Of a stretch of 64,000 nucleotides of DNA, positions 36,601 through 45,062 are shown in pieces. The position numbers and the translations under genes are program-made. The stretch is taken from sequence record OR805295.1; one strand, given 5' to 3'. The number at the start of each line of letters is the position of its first letter. The first letter of the stretch is position 1. The notes beneath the pieces are model-generated. The model did no database searches. It was not told where the DNA came from and worked only from the letters and a program-made list of their open reading frames with translations.

Positions 36601-37578
36601 TCTTATACCTAAGTTAATACTATTATAAATTATATTTGTTCCGCCAGAAACGTTAGGTACCTTAGTCCATTTTTCTTCAACAGTTCCGATTTCGTTAATC
36701 TCTTGGACCCACACATCAGTTTCATTTATATTTCTATCATTTATATCTATAATTCTATTTTGAACAGGGAAATCGAATGCAAAATCTTTAAATGCAAGAG
36801 TACCCTGTTTAAATTGCAAAAAGAAACCTGTGTTTGCAGAATCTAGCCCCTGGCCATCGTTCCTGTATATAACATGAAACGCATCGTCTGGATCGGGTTG
36901 TCTTTCCGTAAATGTTTCGTCAAAATCTGAGTTAACTACTTCAAACGGTAGGGCGACATTATTAACAACTATCGGTATAGGAAATGCAACGTTTACCCTT
37001 TTTACGTTGTTTAATTGATATAAGCTAGTAGGTATATTACCTACTGTTCCACTTTTAAATGGTCTACCGAATGGATTAGTAGAAGCAAATGCCGCATTTA
37101 ATATAGTTATAAACTTGTCATAACTATCTATATCGTTAGGATCATTCCAAAATACAGTTCTATTATTTAAATTCCTTTCTTGAGAATCTGTAACTGGTTC
37201 TGACGTTTGCACACCTATTAATTTAAATAACCCTTTAGCAGGTATATTTCGTTTAGGCTGATAGTTTATCATTCTAGCTAAACGTATAATGCTATCCCTA
37301 CGCTCAGCAGTATCCATAAAGTTTTCTCTAGAATTTAAATCCATTCTGAATGCAAGACTAGTTCCCAGATATGCAAGTAATTCTATAATAGCAATAAATT
37401 CAGAGCTTTCTATGTAATCATTAAAATCTTCAGGATAATGGATTTGAACATAATTAACTAACGCAGTCTTTAAGGAATCAAAATCATATGCTTTGAAATC
37501 GACGTCCTTGAAACTTTTATATATTTTTCTATAATCTTCCGCTGCGAACAGATTAGATTGTCTTACGTCTTGTGACAT
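33619..37578 (-). CDS. gp6: baseplate wedge subunit, T4 gp6-like, 1319 aa
   Basis: YDFDSLK...DFNDYIESSE...ENFMDTAERRDSIIRLA N-terminus; QDRMVNNEDY motif. Confidence 0.85.
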   Translation of the reverse strand: MSQDVRQSNLFAAEDYRKIYKSFKDVDFKAYDFDSLKTALVNYVQIHYPEDFNDYIESSEFIAIIELLAYLGTSLAFRMDLNSRENFMDTAERRDSIIRLARMINYQPKRNIPAKGLFKLIGVQTSEPVTDSQERNLNNRTVFWNDPNDIDSYDKFITILNAAFASTNPFGRPFKSGTVGNIPTSLYQLNNVKRVNVAFPIPIVVNNVALPFEVVNSDFDETFTERQPDPDDAFHVIYRNDGQGLDSANTGFFLQFKQGTLAFKDFAFDFPVQNRIIDINDRNINETDVWVQEINEIGTVEEKWTKVPNVSGGTNIIYNSINLGIRNIFEVVSRVNDQISVKFSDGNFGTIPTGTFRVWYRVSSNTTFTLRPEEASGMELVIPYIGADSQQYDLRLIFSLEQTISNSSPTETNDEIKTRAPQVYYTQDRMVNNEDYNVFPLTQGSSIAKVHAINRTHSGHSRYIDINDPTGFHQNLNIFGEDGSIYNQSTVPSTTVAMGDKLVSENIVVRNNLQTFIRNQDLINFYWNNYLSEYIRYRQNPTPNPINTSIVRPGVPNIFRYTSTQARWVTYPSSDATNTGYLVKGSTNYIYPTNYNNRPEGEFRFLSVGSKIKFTNGTEYKEVTVKSITNPVSQGDATTDNEFIATRLNASLFVFDIEIPANWYVDSVYPRYKTTFDTEETTDIANQLFRRNEFGLKYDIDVDPEGSWFIVLGVPTTNLDNFEFDLSLSQPAVRKDWMLVLTYSTETDNYTFLSRGTKFIFETNGTVEFYYDTDETEYDINTGSAQRDEIEILGINTGPTIVENWQFIGNGQWRLVNGIVSLTYPDNKIILKYRDTLPKEIQYWQNGILLPGALPTGAASAGVLDAEYVGQQVNDIIRIFYSNQGQLGNSIVWNSFQTFIESDGYSDPRKIVVVPADRDRDGIPDNTFIFEQFVSPTDLVFHEKTTDYDGYEYNRLWQASWLDLRQQNPNSLDFNYNDVVARDLVLIASAAESSFKSLLRTKVLEAIYSDNYNSNNSVDGTTIFIERIENDGINIVTQNLDSPGSRIFETIRINNGNNQTINEITGITAAKANSSSLAQFMTLTASYAVLSYVFDDDHSVSNGRGYTQNEDSQFYPLHYKWKHYAPSDNRIDPSISNIVDMVTLTQSYYDDILKWKNQNLPIERFPESPTTEELRIQFGDLSTYKMLSDQIVFQPARFKVLFGQQAREEYKCTFKVVKVGSTTLTDNEIKSKVVSAIDEYFNINNWDFGESFYYTELAAYIHQTLAGVIGSVVIVPIEQTSKFGNLFQIRAESDELFISTATVANVEIVNNLTEMNMRI

Positions 37579-37592
37579 GAATTAATTCCTAC

Positions 37593-37985
37593 TTATAATC
37601 TATCTATGTTAGAACTATTTTCTTGAGTAAAAATAGCAATAAGCCTTTCTGGTGTTTGGTATGGCAAAAATGTAAGTAATACCTCTATTCTTATTCCGTT
37701 GTGAAGTTGTATTACTTTTATATCGTCATCGCTATTTAATTGAACTCTCGGATCAGAACCAATTACGTCCTTGACATCATCTACAACTATTCCTACTGTA
37801 TATTCGTCTAGGGGATCCATTACATAGTCGTGTATGATACTTCCGAATTCGGGTAACATAACTCGTTCGCCCTTTCTTGTATAGAAATGATTCATTAAAT
37901 CTACTTTAACTAAATCTATGTCATTTACTTGATACGGTGGCCTAACTTTACCTACCGTAGAAAATCCAATAAACACTTTTGCCAC
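37593..37985 (-). CDS. gp25: baseplate wedge subunit, gp25-like
   Basis: DLMNHFYTRKGERVMLPEFGSII...DPL...DPRV. Confidence 0.9.
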   Translation of the reverse strand: MAKVFIGFSTVGKVRPPYQVNDIDLVKVDLMNHFYTRKGERVMLPEFGSIIHDYVMDPLDEYTVGIVVDDVKDVIGSDPRVQLNSDDDIKVIQLHNGIRIEVLLTFLPYQTPERLIAIFTQENSSNIDRL

Positions 37986-38008
37986 TTTATTATTCCTGTT
38001 TATTTCAA

Positions 38009-38016
38009 TATTTATC
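38009..38016 (-). promoter_or_regulatory. late promoter GATAAATA
   Basis: About 25 nt upstream of gp25. Confidence 0.7.
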
Positions 38017-38040
38017 TGGATATTTTTCTACATACTTAAC

Positions 38041-38069
38041 TTGACGGATAACAGTAAAATTAGTATACT
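38041..38069 (+). promoter_or_regulatory. sigma70-type promoter
   Basis: TTGACG-17-TATACT. Confidence 0.75.
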
Positions 38070-38121
38070 GTGTACATGTTAAGTAATTCCGCTTAACAGT
38101 AACTAAGCAAAGAAAAAGAAA

Positions 38122-38364
38122 ATGGCAAAAGAAAAAGTAACTTTCCCTATCTATAAATTCAACCGCATTGCAGAAATGGCTGACAAATATAATTCTAAAA
38201 CTAAGACACAACGGTTTCAAGTTATGTCTAAGTTTAAAGGAACTCAGCTTATAGAAGTTGGACTGTACGATACTAAAGATAAGAAATATGTACTAGTAGA
38301 TACACGCCATTATACAATGGATGATTGTATAAAAGAAATGGAATCTATGATTTCGGGAAAGTAA
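38122..38364 (+). CDS. small hypothetical protein inserted antisense in baseplate operon
   Basis: Own promoter and terminator. Confidence 0.8.
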   Translation: MAKEKVTFPIYKFNRIAEMADKYNSKTKTQRFQVMSKFKGTQLIEVGLYDTKDKKYVLVDTRHYTMDDCIKEMESMISGK

Positions 38365-38378
38365 CTTAAACAGAAGGG

Positions 38379-38408
38379 AGGGGGTTAAGTAACTAACCCC
38401 CTATTTTT
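38379..38408 (+). terminator. Rho-independent terminator
   Basis: AGGGGGTTA-AGTAAC-TAACCCCCT then T-run. Confidence 0.7.
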
Positions 38409-38693
38409 ATGCCCGGAAAATTAAAGTATCATAATAGCTATGACTTTGTATACGGCGTCTATGTTATCGCAAAAGATTCCCACAAAGGACAATATGTATG
38501 CATAGCTTTATCTGAAGACTTAGACGAAGAATATATATTTAATGAAATCAATTTTTATAGTGTACGCTATATAAAAGATAATTTCTACGATGTATATTGC
38601 AAATTCGATTTATTTACTTTTGCTAGAATGTTGGCAACACATTTAGAATTATTGTACGACAGAAGATACAATTATTTTAATGATGATTTATAA
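38409..38693 (+). CDS. hypothetical protein, 94 aa
   Basis: Fills gap up to the gp5-like stop. Confidence 0.6.
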   Translation: MPGKLKYHNSYDFVYGVYVIAKDSHKGQYVCIALSEDLDEEYIFNEINFYSVRYIKDNFYDVYCKFDLFTFARMLATHLELLYDRRYNYFNDDL

Positions 38694-38700
38694 AGGAGCA

Positions 38701-40134
38701 TTATGCTCCTTTATTTTTGTGCTCAGGACACGGTTCGAATGTATTAAATCTAGATACTATAGTAGTTACTCCTGGCTGAGACATTCTATTATATCTATTT
38801 GCATCACTAAACTCAGGCAATATATTAGTTTTGCCATTAGTAGTAGGTGTACTTGCTTCAGTAGGAGAATCAGGTGCCGGCGGCTGCGGACCGTTCATAT
38901 GTATATTAGCACCTAACTCGATAATATCCCCGCCTGCACTTAATCCATATGTTCCGTTAGTAGCAGTTGCTATCTGTCCTGCAGCTTGTAAATTATAATT
39001 AGAACCTGCTTTTAAAGATATATCAACTCCAGCAGTGTTATGCAAACTGCCTCCTAATTGATTTAGTAATGTATCTTTTTGCGATTGAATATTTAAATTA
39101 TTATTAGCTTGTATAAATATATCTCCGCCTTGACCTGTTAGTTCCGGTGCTATGCCTCCGGTAGAAACAGTAGTATAATCTTTAGATGCTTTAATGTTTA
39201 TATTTCTTCCTGCCTCTATATTAATATCTCTATCTGCTCGTATATTGAAATCTTCCATAAAACGTAAAGATCCGGATTTTGCACCAAACACATCTACGTT
39301 ACCTGAGTTATCTAATTCTATCCAAGCAGTGCCCAATTTATTAATTATATAAATTATTCCATTAGTTTCATCTAATCTTATTTGAGCACCAGATCTAGTT
39401 CTTAATGTGATATGTTCGGATGTGGGTGCATCATCCATGACGAACTGATGGCCGCCATGCCTTCTTACATTTGCACCGTCTATTACTGGACCTGGGGTAA
39501 GAATACCGAATACCTGGCTAGGTGCTTCCCTGCGTGCAGATGATGAAGATACACCCCGTATATTATCGTTAATAAGCCCTTGCGTTTTTAATCCTTGGGC
39601 AAGACTAGCAACAGGTTTATTAATAGTTTGTGCATTTACTTTTTCTAGTGTGTTTTTATTATATTCACCTACAGGTAAAGATTTTCCTGCTGTCTCATAA
39701 TTATTAACACTGCCAGCAACTGCAGGAATCATATGATTCATCTGTTGTTGCCATATGCATCCAAACCAAAATCCCTTTGCAGGGTCGCCGTTAGCAAACA
39801 TTACAGCTACCTGATTTTCAAGATCTGGCGGAACTGCCCACATACCGTAAGATGTTTGTGTTTCGTGGAATGCAGATACATCTTGTGAGCCGCCGATTGT
39901 CATAGGATTAGTTGCGCCAGCAAATGGCGAACAGTATCCAACTAACAACCAACCAGATTCATCGCTCGGATCAGTACCAAATTCCGGTACCCAAACCCTA
40001 AGTCTTCCCATTCTGTTGCTATCGACATTATCTTTGACAAACCCAATATACATTCCGTAATATTTTTGTGCTCTGCCTGTCGGTGTTTTGCTAGCAGACG
40101 GATTTACACCTACTGTTCTAGAATATGTACTCAT
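38701..40134 (-). CDS. gp5: baseplate central spike, gp5/VgrG-like with OB fold, no lysozyme domain
   Basis: GFVKDNVDSNRMGRLRVWVP, MWAVPPDLENQVAVMF and GHQFVMDD...LRTRSG motifs; beta-helix repeats. Confidence 0.85.
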   Translation of the reverse strand: MSTYSRTVGVNPSASKTPTGRAQKYYGMYIGFVKDNVDSNRMGRLRVWVPEFGTDPSDESGWLLVGYCSPFAGATNPMTIGGSQDVSAFHETQTSYGMWAVPPDLENQVAVMFANGDPAKGFWFGCIWQQQMNHMIPAVAGSVNNYETAGKSLPVGEYNKNTLEKVNAQTINKPVASLAQGLKTQGLINDNIRGVSSSSARREAPSQVFGILTPGPVIDGANVRRHGGHQFVMDDAPTSEHITLRTRSGAQIRLDETNGIIYIINKLGTAWIELDNSGNVDVFGAKSGSLRFMEDFNIRADRDINIEAGRNINIKASKDYTTVSTGGIAPELTGQGGDIFIQANNNLNIQSQKDTLLNQLGGSLHNTAGVDISLKAGSNYNLQAAGQIATATNGTYGLSAGGDIIELGANIHMNGPQPPAPDSPTEASTPTTNGKTNILPEFSDANRYNRMSQPGVTTIVSRFNTFEPCPEHKNKGA

Positions 40135-42158
40135 TATTGATTAAACCTTTGGATGTCTATGTCTGTTATATCAGTTAATTTATCTCTTACTGCTTGCAAT
40201 TCTTGGCGGAATATGCCTTTGGAAAAAACATGCTTCACTACTATAACTTGATATATGCCATTTATAATAGTATTTTGTTTCATGGAAGATGTTACTGTTC
40301 CTTCTATATAATTTAAATTAGGAGTCTGACTAGTAAACAAAAAGAATACCTGAGACGAAGTAGGATTAACATAAGATGTATTTGTACTGTTTATCCTATC
40401 CTCTACTGTACTTATTTTATTAGTTGTGGGCGGACCTAGCCAATAAGGATCTCCTTTTATAGATAAATCTATTTTAAGCAATTCGGCATTATCATCATAC
40501 ATTATTTGAGAAAATAATGAAGATAAAAAAGATTTACCTGCATGATAGTTGTCTTCTACACCTATATCATCATTTGAAGTATCTGGGGTTTCTATAGTTG
40601 TAATAGGAAGTTTACTTAATGAATCTGCAGTAGCATCTTCTATAAATTGTATGGCATTTTGCCTTACTTCAGTTTCTTGATCTGTGTCGGGATCTGCATT
40701 TGTATTTTCTCTAATCCTTGCTTGCCTTCCTTTTGACACTAGAGACGATTGTTCTGTATTTGTATCTACAGTAGATACATTTCTAGGATCCTGGCGATCT
40801 GTACCAGGAGTAACTGTTGAATTAAATTTGCTTTTCACAGATGCACTTGTTGACATCTTCTGTTTTAATAATAACTGATCAGGAGACATTCTTCTACCTG
40901 GATCAACAGATGTATAGGTATCTACTGTTCCTGTTTGCCTAGGTAGCGTAGCATACCACATGAAATTAAATTTCAAATTAAAATCTAATATTTGATCATT
41001 TAATCCAGTAAATAGATAATTATAATGCTTTCTTAGAACACTTCTACCTAAATATTCATTAAATCTGTTTTCTGAAGACTCGGGTGTAACTCTAGATTCA
41101 TCCTTCGATGCAACTATTGTCATTGTATCGTACGGTACGATAACATACCTAAAATTCCTAGCATAATCCCCTCTTCCTGGGTCATATTCTAGCGTGTCTA
41201 CTTGAGACAAAACCCTATATAATTTTTTAACCATAGACCTATTCGGATCTGGATTAAATTGGGGGTGAGCCGGAACATCCGAACCTGCAATTTCCTTTTC
41301 AATAACTTCTGTAGAATTTATTATAGTTTCAATTATATACTGAATACTAGTATTATCATAAAATTGAACAGTAGTTACTGAGTTATCATCCACTACATAG
41401 TCAGATAATCTGTCAATTGTTTGGTCGGAATTAGATATTTTTAACGGAGCATTTATTAATCTCTCATCCGAAATTATTATTTCGTACTTATCTGGCTTCA
41501 ATTGTTTATTAGATGCTCGCTGTGGCTGTCTATCATTGAGTGATTGTTTTAATTTTTCTAACATTTCGCCTACAGTTTTGCCAGAAAGAGATATACCTTG
41601 TTGCATATCGCCGTATTGGTTTGTATATCCTAGTTCACTGTATACTGCTCCTACAAAATCATAAGTTGTACCCGATCCTGTAACAACCATATCCATTTTA
41701 GTTATAGTAATAGGAAATACCCATTTTGCCTTCATAACAGACGGCAACGAAGAAGTTGTTGTTCTACCTTTAAAAGTCAATTCCATAAAATATGGTGCTT
41801 TTAAGTAATTATCTATACCTAAACTAACAGCAGATGCATATAACTGATCTAACATACTACTGCCATGAGGTTCTTGAATTTTAAAAGATAATGTTGTAGA
41901 CTCACCCGTGCCGGTTTCTACTGTCATTCCAGGAACAGTTGTTAATATGAAGTCATCTATACCTAATCCAGTAACACCCGATTCTGCAATTGTTATTTGC
42001 CTGGACCTGTCTAATACATTATTGTTTACTATATCTTCTATAGAGCACATATATAGTCGCAAATGATAAGTAGTGCTAGTTATAGAATCTAATGGATTAG
42101 GTAAAAACGGATACATATTTGTATCCGTATTAGTAGGAGTAGGTTTGTTTAATGACAT
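40134..42158 (-). CDS. baseplate hub protein (gp27/VgrG-N-like), 674 aa
   Basis: Position between gp53-like and gp5-like genes; IKGDPYWL...GIYQVIxVKHxF..G.F.Q.L C-terminus. Confidence 0.7.
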   Translation of the reverse strand: MSLNKPTPTNTDTNMYPFLPNPLDSITSTTYHLRLYMCSIEDIVNNNVLDRSRQITIAESGVTGLGIDDFILTTVPGMTVETGTGESTTLSFKIQEPHGSSMLDQLYASAVSLGIDNYLKAPYFMELTFKGRTTTSSLPSVMKAKWVFPITITKMDMVVTGSGTTYDFVGAVYSELGYTNQYGDMQQGISLSGKTVGEMLEKLKQSLNDRQPQRASNKQLKPDKYEIIISDERLINAPLKISNSDQTIDRLSDYVVDDNSVTTVQFYDNTSIQYIIETIINSTEVIEKEIAGSDVPAHPQFNPDPNRSMVKKLYRVLSQVDTLEYDPGRGDYARNFRYVIVPYDTMTIVASKDESRVTPESSENRFNEYLGRSVLRKHYNYLFTGLNDQILDFNLKFNFMWYATLPRQTGTVDTYTSVDPGRRMSPDQLLLKQKMSTSASVKSKFNSTVTPGTDRQDPRNVSTVDTNTEQSSLVSKGRQARIRENTNADPDTDQETEVRQNAIQFIEDATADSLSKLPITTIETPDTSNDDIGVEDNYHAGKSFLSSLFSQIMYDDNAELLKIDLSIKGDPYWLGPPTTNKISTVEDRINSTNTSYVNPTSSQVFFLFTSQTPNLNYIEGTVTSSMKQNTIINGIYQVIVVKHVFSKGIFRQELQAVRDKLTDITDIDIQRFNQ

Positions 42159-42457
42159 TAAATTATACCTTCTAACGATTCTATAGTGGGTGCATATATA
42201 GATTTTCCTGCAGTAAAATCGTATATAGGATCGATTAATTCATCCATATTTCTTACCGCAAATACCCACCAAAGTTCTTCTGTTCCGTATAAATCATACG
42301 AAAGCAAATCAGGTCTTTGATCATATTTAGGTGCAATAACAATTAATTCATCAGTTATATTAGGTAATATTTTCCTAGGAACCCATAAATCTAAATAAAA
42401 ATCTTTTATAGGTGTATCATAATATCGGCTTTTCGTAGAAGAAATGTTATTTGCCAT
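42158..42457 (-). CDS. gp53: baseplate wedge subunit, gp53/LysM-like
   Basis: YDQRPDLLSYDLYGTEELWWVF. Confidence 0.85.
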   Translation of the reverse strand: MANNISSTKSRYYDTPIKDFYLDLWVPRKILPNITDELIVIAPKYDQRPDLLSYDLYGTEELWWVFAVRNMDELIDPIYDFTAGKSIYAPTIESLEGII

Positions 42458-43092
42458 TATATAAATCCTTTATTATTCTTCAGTAACTCACCTGTCCTAA
42501 ATTTACTTAGATCAAATGTCTGTCTAACCTCTTGGGGGTTATATTGAGGTTCTAACGTTATCGTCATAGTTAATTGAGTAGGAACATCTGTATTTTCACT
42601 TATGTTGTTAAATCTTACAGGGACATAATCTACTTTGTTGTCTAAAATAATACTGAAATTTTTAACAACTACTGGCACATTTTTGAACATGTATGTTCCT
42701 AAGTAATTAAATGATAAAATAGGCGGCGGTGTGCCTGCTCTTACTAAATCTGTTTGTCCAAAGTAATTTTTTGTTACTGTTCGCATAAAATGCATTGCTG
42801 CTAATGTATACCTTGCCTCTACATCTGTTTGTGATGTAAATATTGCTTCTACTGATATAGGCTGAGGTGCAGATTTAACATATGCAAGGTATTTGTAGTT
42901 AGTATGAGTAAAATGAAAGGATTCATCGTATTCTGCATCTGCTGCTAATGTAACTATCGGTCTGAACGGAAATATCAAACCGCCTGTCTTTTTTAGAGGT
43001 GCAAGAATGTTAACAAGCTGGTCGTTACTTTCTCCAAATAAATCATTTGCAGCTAACGCATTCTTTGGTTTTAAAATTGCTCTACTATCCAC
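42457..43092 (-). CDS. tail tube initiator / baseplate-tail junction (gp48/gp54-like)
   Basis: GLIFP...HTNY...GTPPPIL...NVPVVVKNF...DVDY-like...VPT pattern. Confidence 0.75.
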   Translation of the reverse strand: MDSRAILKPKNALAANDLFGESNDQLVNILAPLKKTGGLIFPFRPIVTLAADAEYDESFHFTHTNYKYLAYVKSAPQPISVEAIFTSQTDVEARYTLAAMHFMRTVTKNYFGQTDLVRAGTPPPILSFNYLGTYMFKNVPVVVKNFSIILDNKVDYVPVRFNNISENTDVPTQLTMTITLEPQYNPQEVRQTFDLSKFRTGELLKNNKGFI

Positions 43093-43112
43093 GATATATA
43101 ATCTCTTTTATA

Positions 43113-43120
43113 TATTTATC
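43113..43120 (-). promoter_or_regulatory. late promoter GATAAATA
   Basis: Heads the minus-strand baseplate operon. Confidence 0.75.
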
Positions 43121-43141
43121 AGTAGGTTTATATGCTAATAT

Positions 43142-43170
43142 TTGACTTTGAAAATATTTTGTTGTAAAAT
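43142..43170 (+). promoter_or_regulatory. sigma70-type promoter for gp55-47-46
   Basis: TTGACT-17-TAAAAT with extended TG. Confidence 0.7.
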
Positions 43171-43194
43171 AATAATAAAAAGCATGGATGCACA

Positions 43195-44037
43195 ATGAAT
43201 ACAAAAATTGTAGTTAATTATATTAATAATAAAGAAATGTTAAAGGAAATACATCGTAGTAAAAATTCATTCTGCGAATATATTTCCCCAGAGTATAAAG
43301 ATTACGATATTATCTTTACTTCAAAAGAAGACTGTCTGAAACAAGAAAATATAAACGCAGCAATACTTAAACGAGCAGAGCGTTTAACTCAAGTACAGAT
43401 AGATGAATATGCATTAAGAACAAATACTAGTTCTAAAAAAGCAAAAGCATCTATAACCCAAGTAGATCCTGCAACAATAAATAAACATGATGTTGTTTTT
43501 CGTGTTATAACATACGAACATATTCCAGAAGATCATGATAGGAAAAAGACAAAAAAATCAATTAAAGACTATCATGTTAAGTTAAATTTTACTCCTTTTA
43601 AACATTTTATTATAGACGAAAATAATAACTTAGTAGAAGTAGGCAGAAGTCACAGCAAAAAAGGAGAGTTTTGCTTAACTGGAGGATCTATATCAGATAG
43701 ATTAGCAAAAATGTTTATGTTGTTAATTGACAAATTCGGTCAAAAAAGCAACTGGCGTGGATATTCATATCTAGATGAAATGAAGGGACAAGCTTTACTT
43801 CAGTTAGCGTCTATGGGGTTGCAATTCGACGAACATTTAAGCGATAATCCCTTTGCATATTACACTTCGTCTATAAACAATTCTTTTACTAGGGTATTCA
43901 ACATAGAAAAACGTAATCAAATAATCAGGGACGATTTATTACAAAATATGGGACAAAATCCTAGCCTTACTAGACAATTAGAACACGATGAGCAAATTCG
44001 GTTGCTCAGAGAATTAAATGATTCTAAAGATGATTAA
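43195..44037 (+). CDS. gp55: late transcription sigma factor, T4 gp55-like
   Basis: NYINNKEML; NWRGYSYLDEM; FD...SDNPFAYYT...NSF...EK; adjacent to gp47/46 as in T4. Confidence 0.9.
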   Translation: MNTKIVVNYINNKEMLKEIHRSKNSFCEYISPEYKDYDIIFTSKEDCLKQENINAAILKRAERLTQVQIDEYALRTNTSSKKAKASITQVDPATINKHDVVFRVITYEHIPEDHDRKKTKKSIKDYHVKLNFTPFKHFIIDENNNLVEVGRSHSKKGEFCLTGGSISDRLAKMFMLLIDKFGQKSNWRGYSYLDEMKGQALLQLASMGLQFDEHLSDNPFAYYTSSINNSFTRVFNIEKRNQIIRDDLLQNMGQNPSLTRQLEHDEQIRLLRELNDSKDD

Positions 44038-44048
44038 AAGGATTTAAA

Positions 44049-45062
44049 GTGGGTAATTTATTTAAGAAAGTTGCATGTTTTAGTGATATTCACTTCGGAT
44101 TGCATCATAACTCTAAAATTCACAATCAAGACTGTGAAGATTTCATTAAGTGGTTTTGTAAAACTGCTAAAGAAAAAAATGCAGAAACATGTATATTTTT
44201 AGGCGATTGGCATCATACAAGAAACACCATTAATGTATCTACGCTAAACTACACTATGTCTAGTTTAGAACTACTAAACGATACGTTCGAAAAAGTATAT
44301 TTTATCACTGGCAATCATGACCTTATGTATAGAGAAAAAAGAGAAGTACATTCTATTCCGATGGGTCACAAATATCCTAATATAGTTATGATAGAAGATC
44401 CGTTCGAACAAGGAGATGTATCTATTCTACCGTGGTTAGTAGGAGATGAATGGAAAGATGTTCCTAAAATAAAAGCAAAATATTTGTTCGGGCATTTAGA
44501 AATTCCAGGATTTAAACTAAATGCAATGGTAGAAATGCCAGATGTAGGAGAAATAAAATCCGAACATTTTGTTAATCAAACATATGTATTTTCTGGACAT
44601 TTTCATAAGAGACAAGTAAATGGAAAAATTAATTATATCGGCAATCCATTTGGTCACAACTATTCTGATGTATGGGATTTTGATAGGGGTGCAATGTTTT
44701 TAGAATGGGGAGGGGAGCCTGAATATGTTAATTACGAAGACGGACCTAGATTCATATCCACTACATTGAAACAAATACTAGAAAATCCAGATTATTATCT
44801 TAAGCCAAAAACTCACGTAAAAGCAACTATAGATGTAGATATAACATACGAAGAAGCCAATTTCTTACGTGAAACATTCTTGTCTTCATATAAAGTTAGA
44901 GAATTTAAATTATTACAGTCTAAATATAGCGAACACGAAATAGAAAGTGATACTGAAACTGAATTCGAAACTGTAGATGAAATTGTTATTTCCGAACTAA
45001 CTAATATCCAAAGTGATAACTTTGATAAAAACATACTTATAAGCATTTACACAAACCTATAA
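44049..45062 (+). CDS. gp47: recombination endonuclease subunit (Mre11/SbcD-like)
   Basis: DIH, GD, GNHD, GH and SGHFH metallophosphoesterase motifs. Confidence 0.95.
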   Translation: MGNLFKKVACFSDIHFGLHHNSKIHNQDCEDFIKWFCKTAKEKNAETCIFLGDWHHTRNTINVSTLNYTMSSLELLNDTFEKVYFITGNHDLMYREKREVHSIPMGHKYPNIVMIEDPFEQGDVSILPWLVGDEWKDVPKIKAKYLFGHLEIPGFKLNAMVEMPDVGEIKSEHFVNQTYVFSGHFHKRQVNGKINYIGNPFGHNYSDVWDFDRGAMFLEWGGEPEYVNYEDGPRFISTTLKQILENPDYYLKPKTHVKATIDVDITYEEANFLRETFLSSYKVREFKLLQSKYSEHEIESDTETEFETVDEIVISELTNIQSDNFDKNILISIYTNL

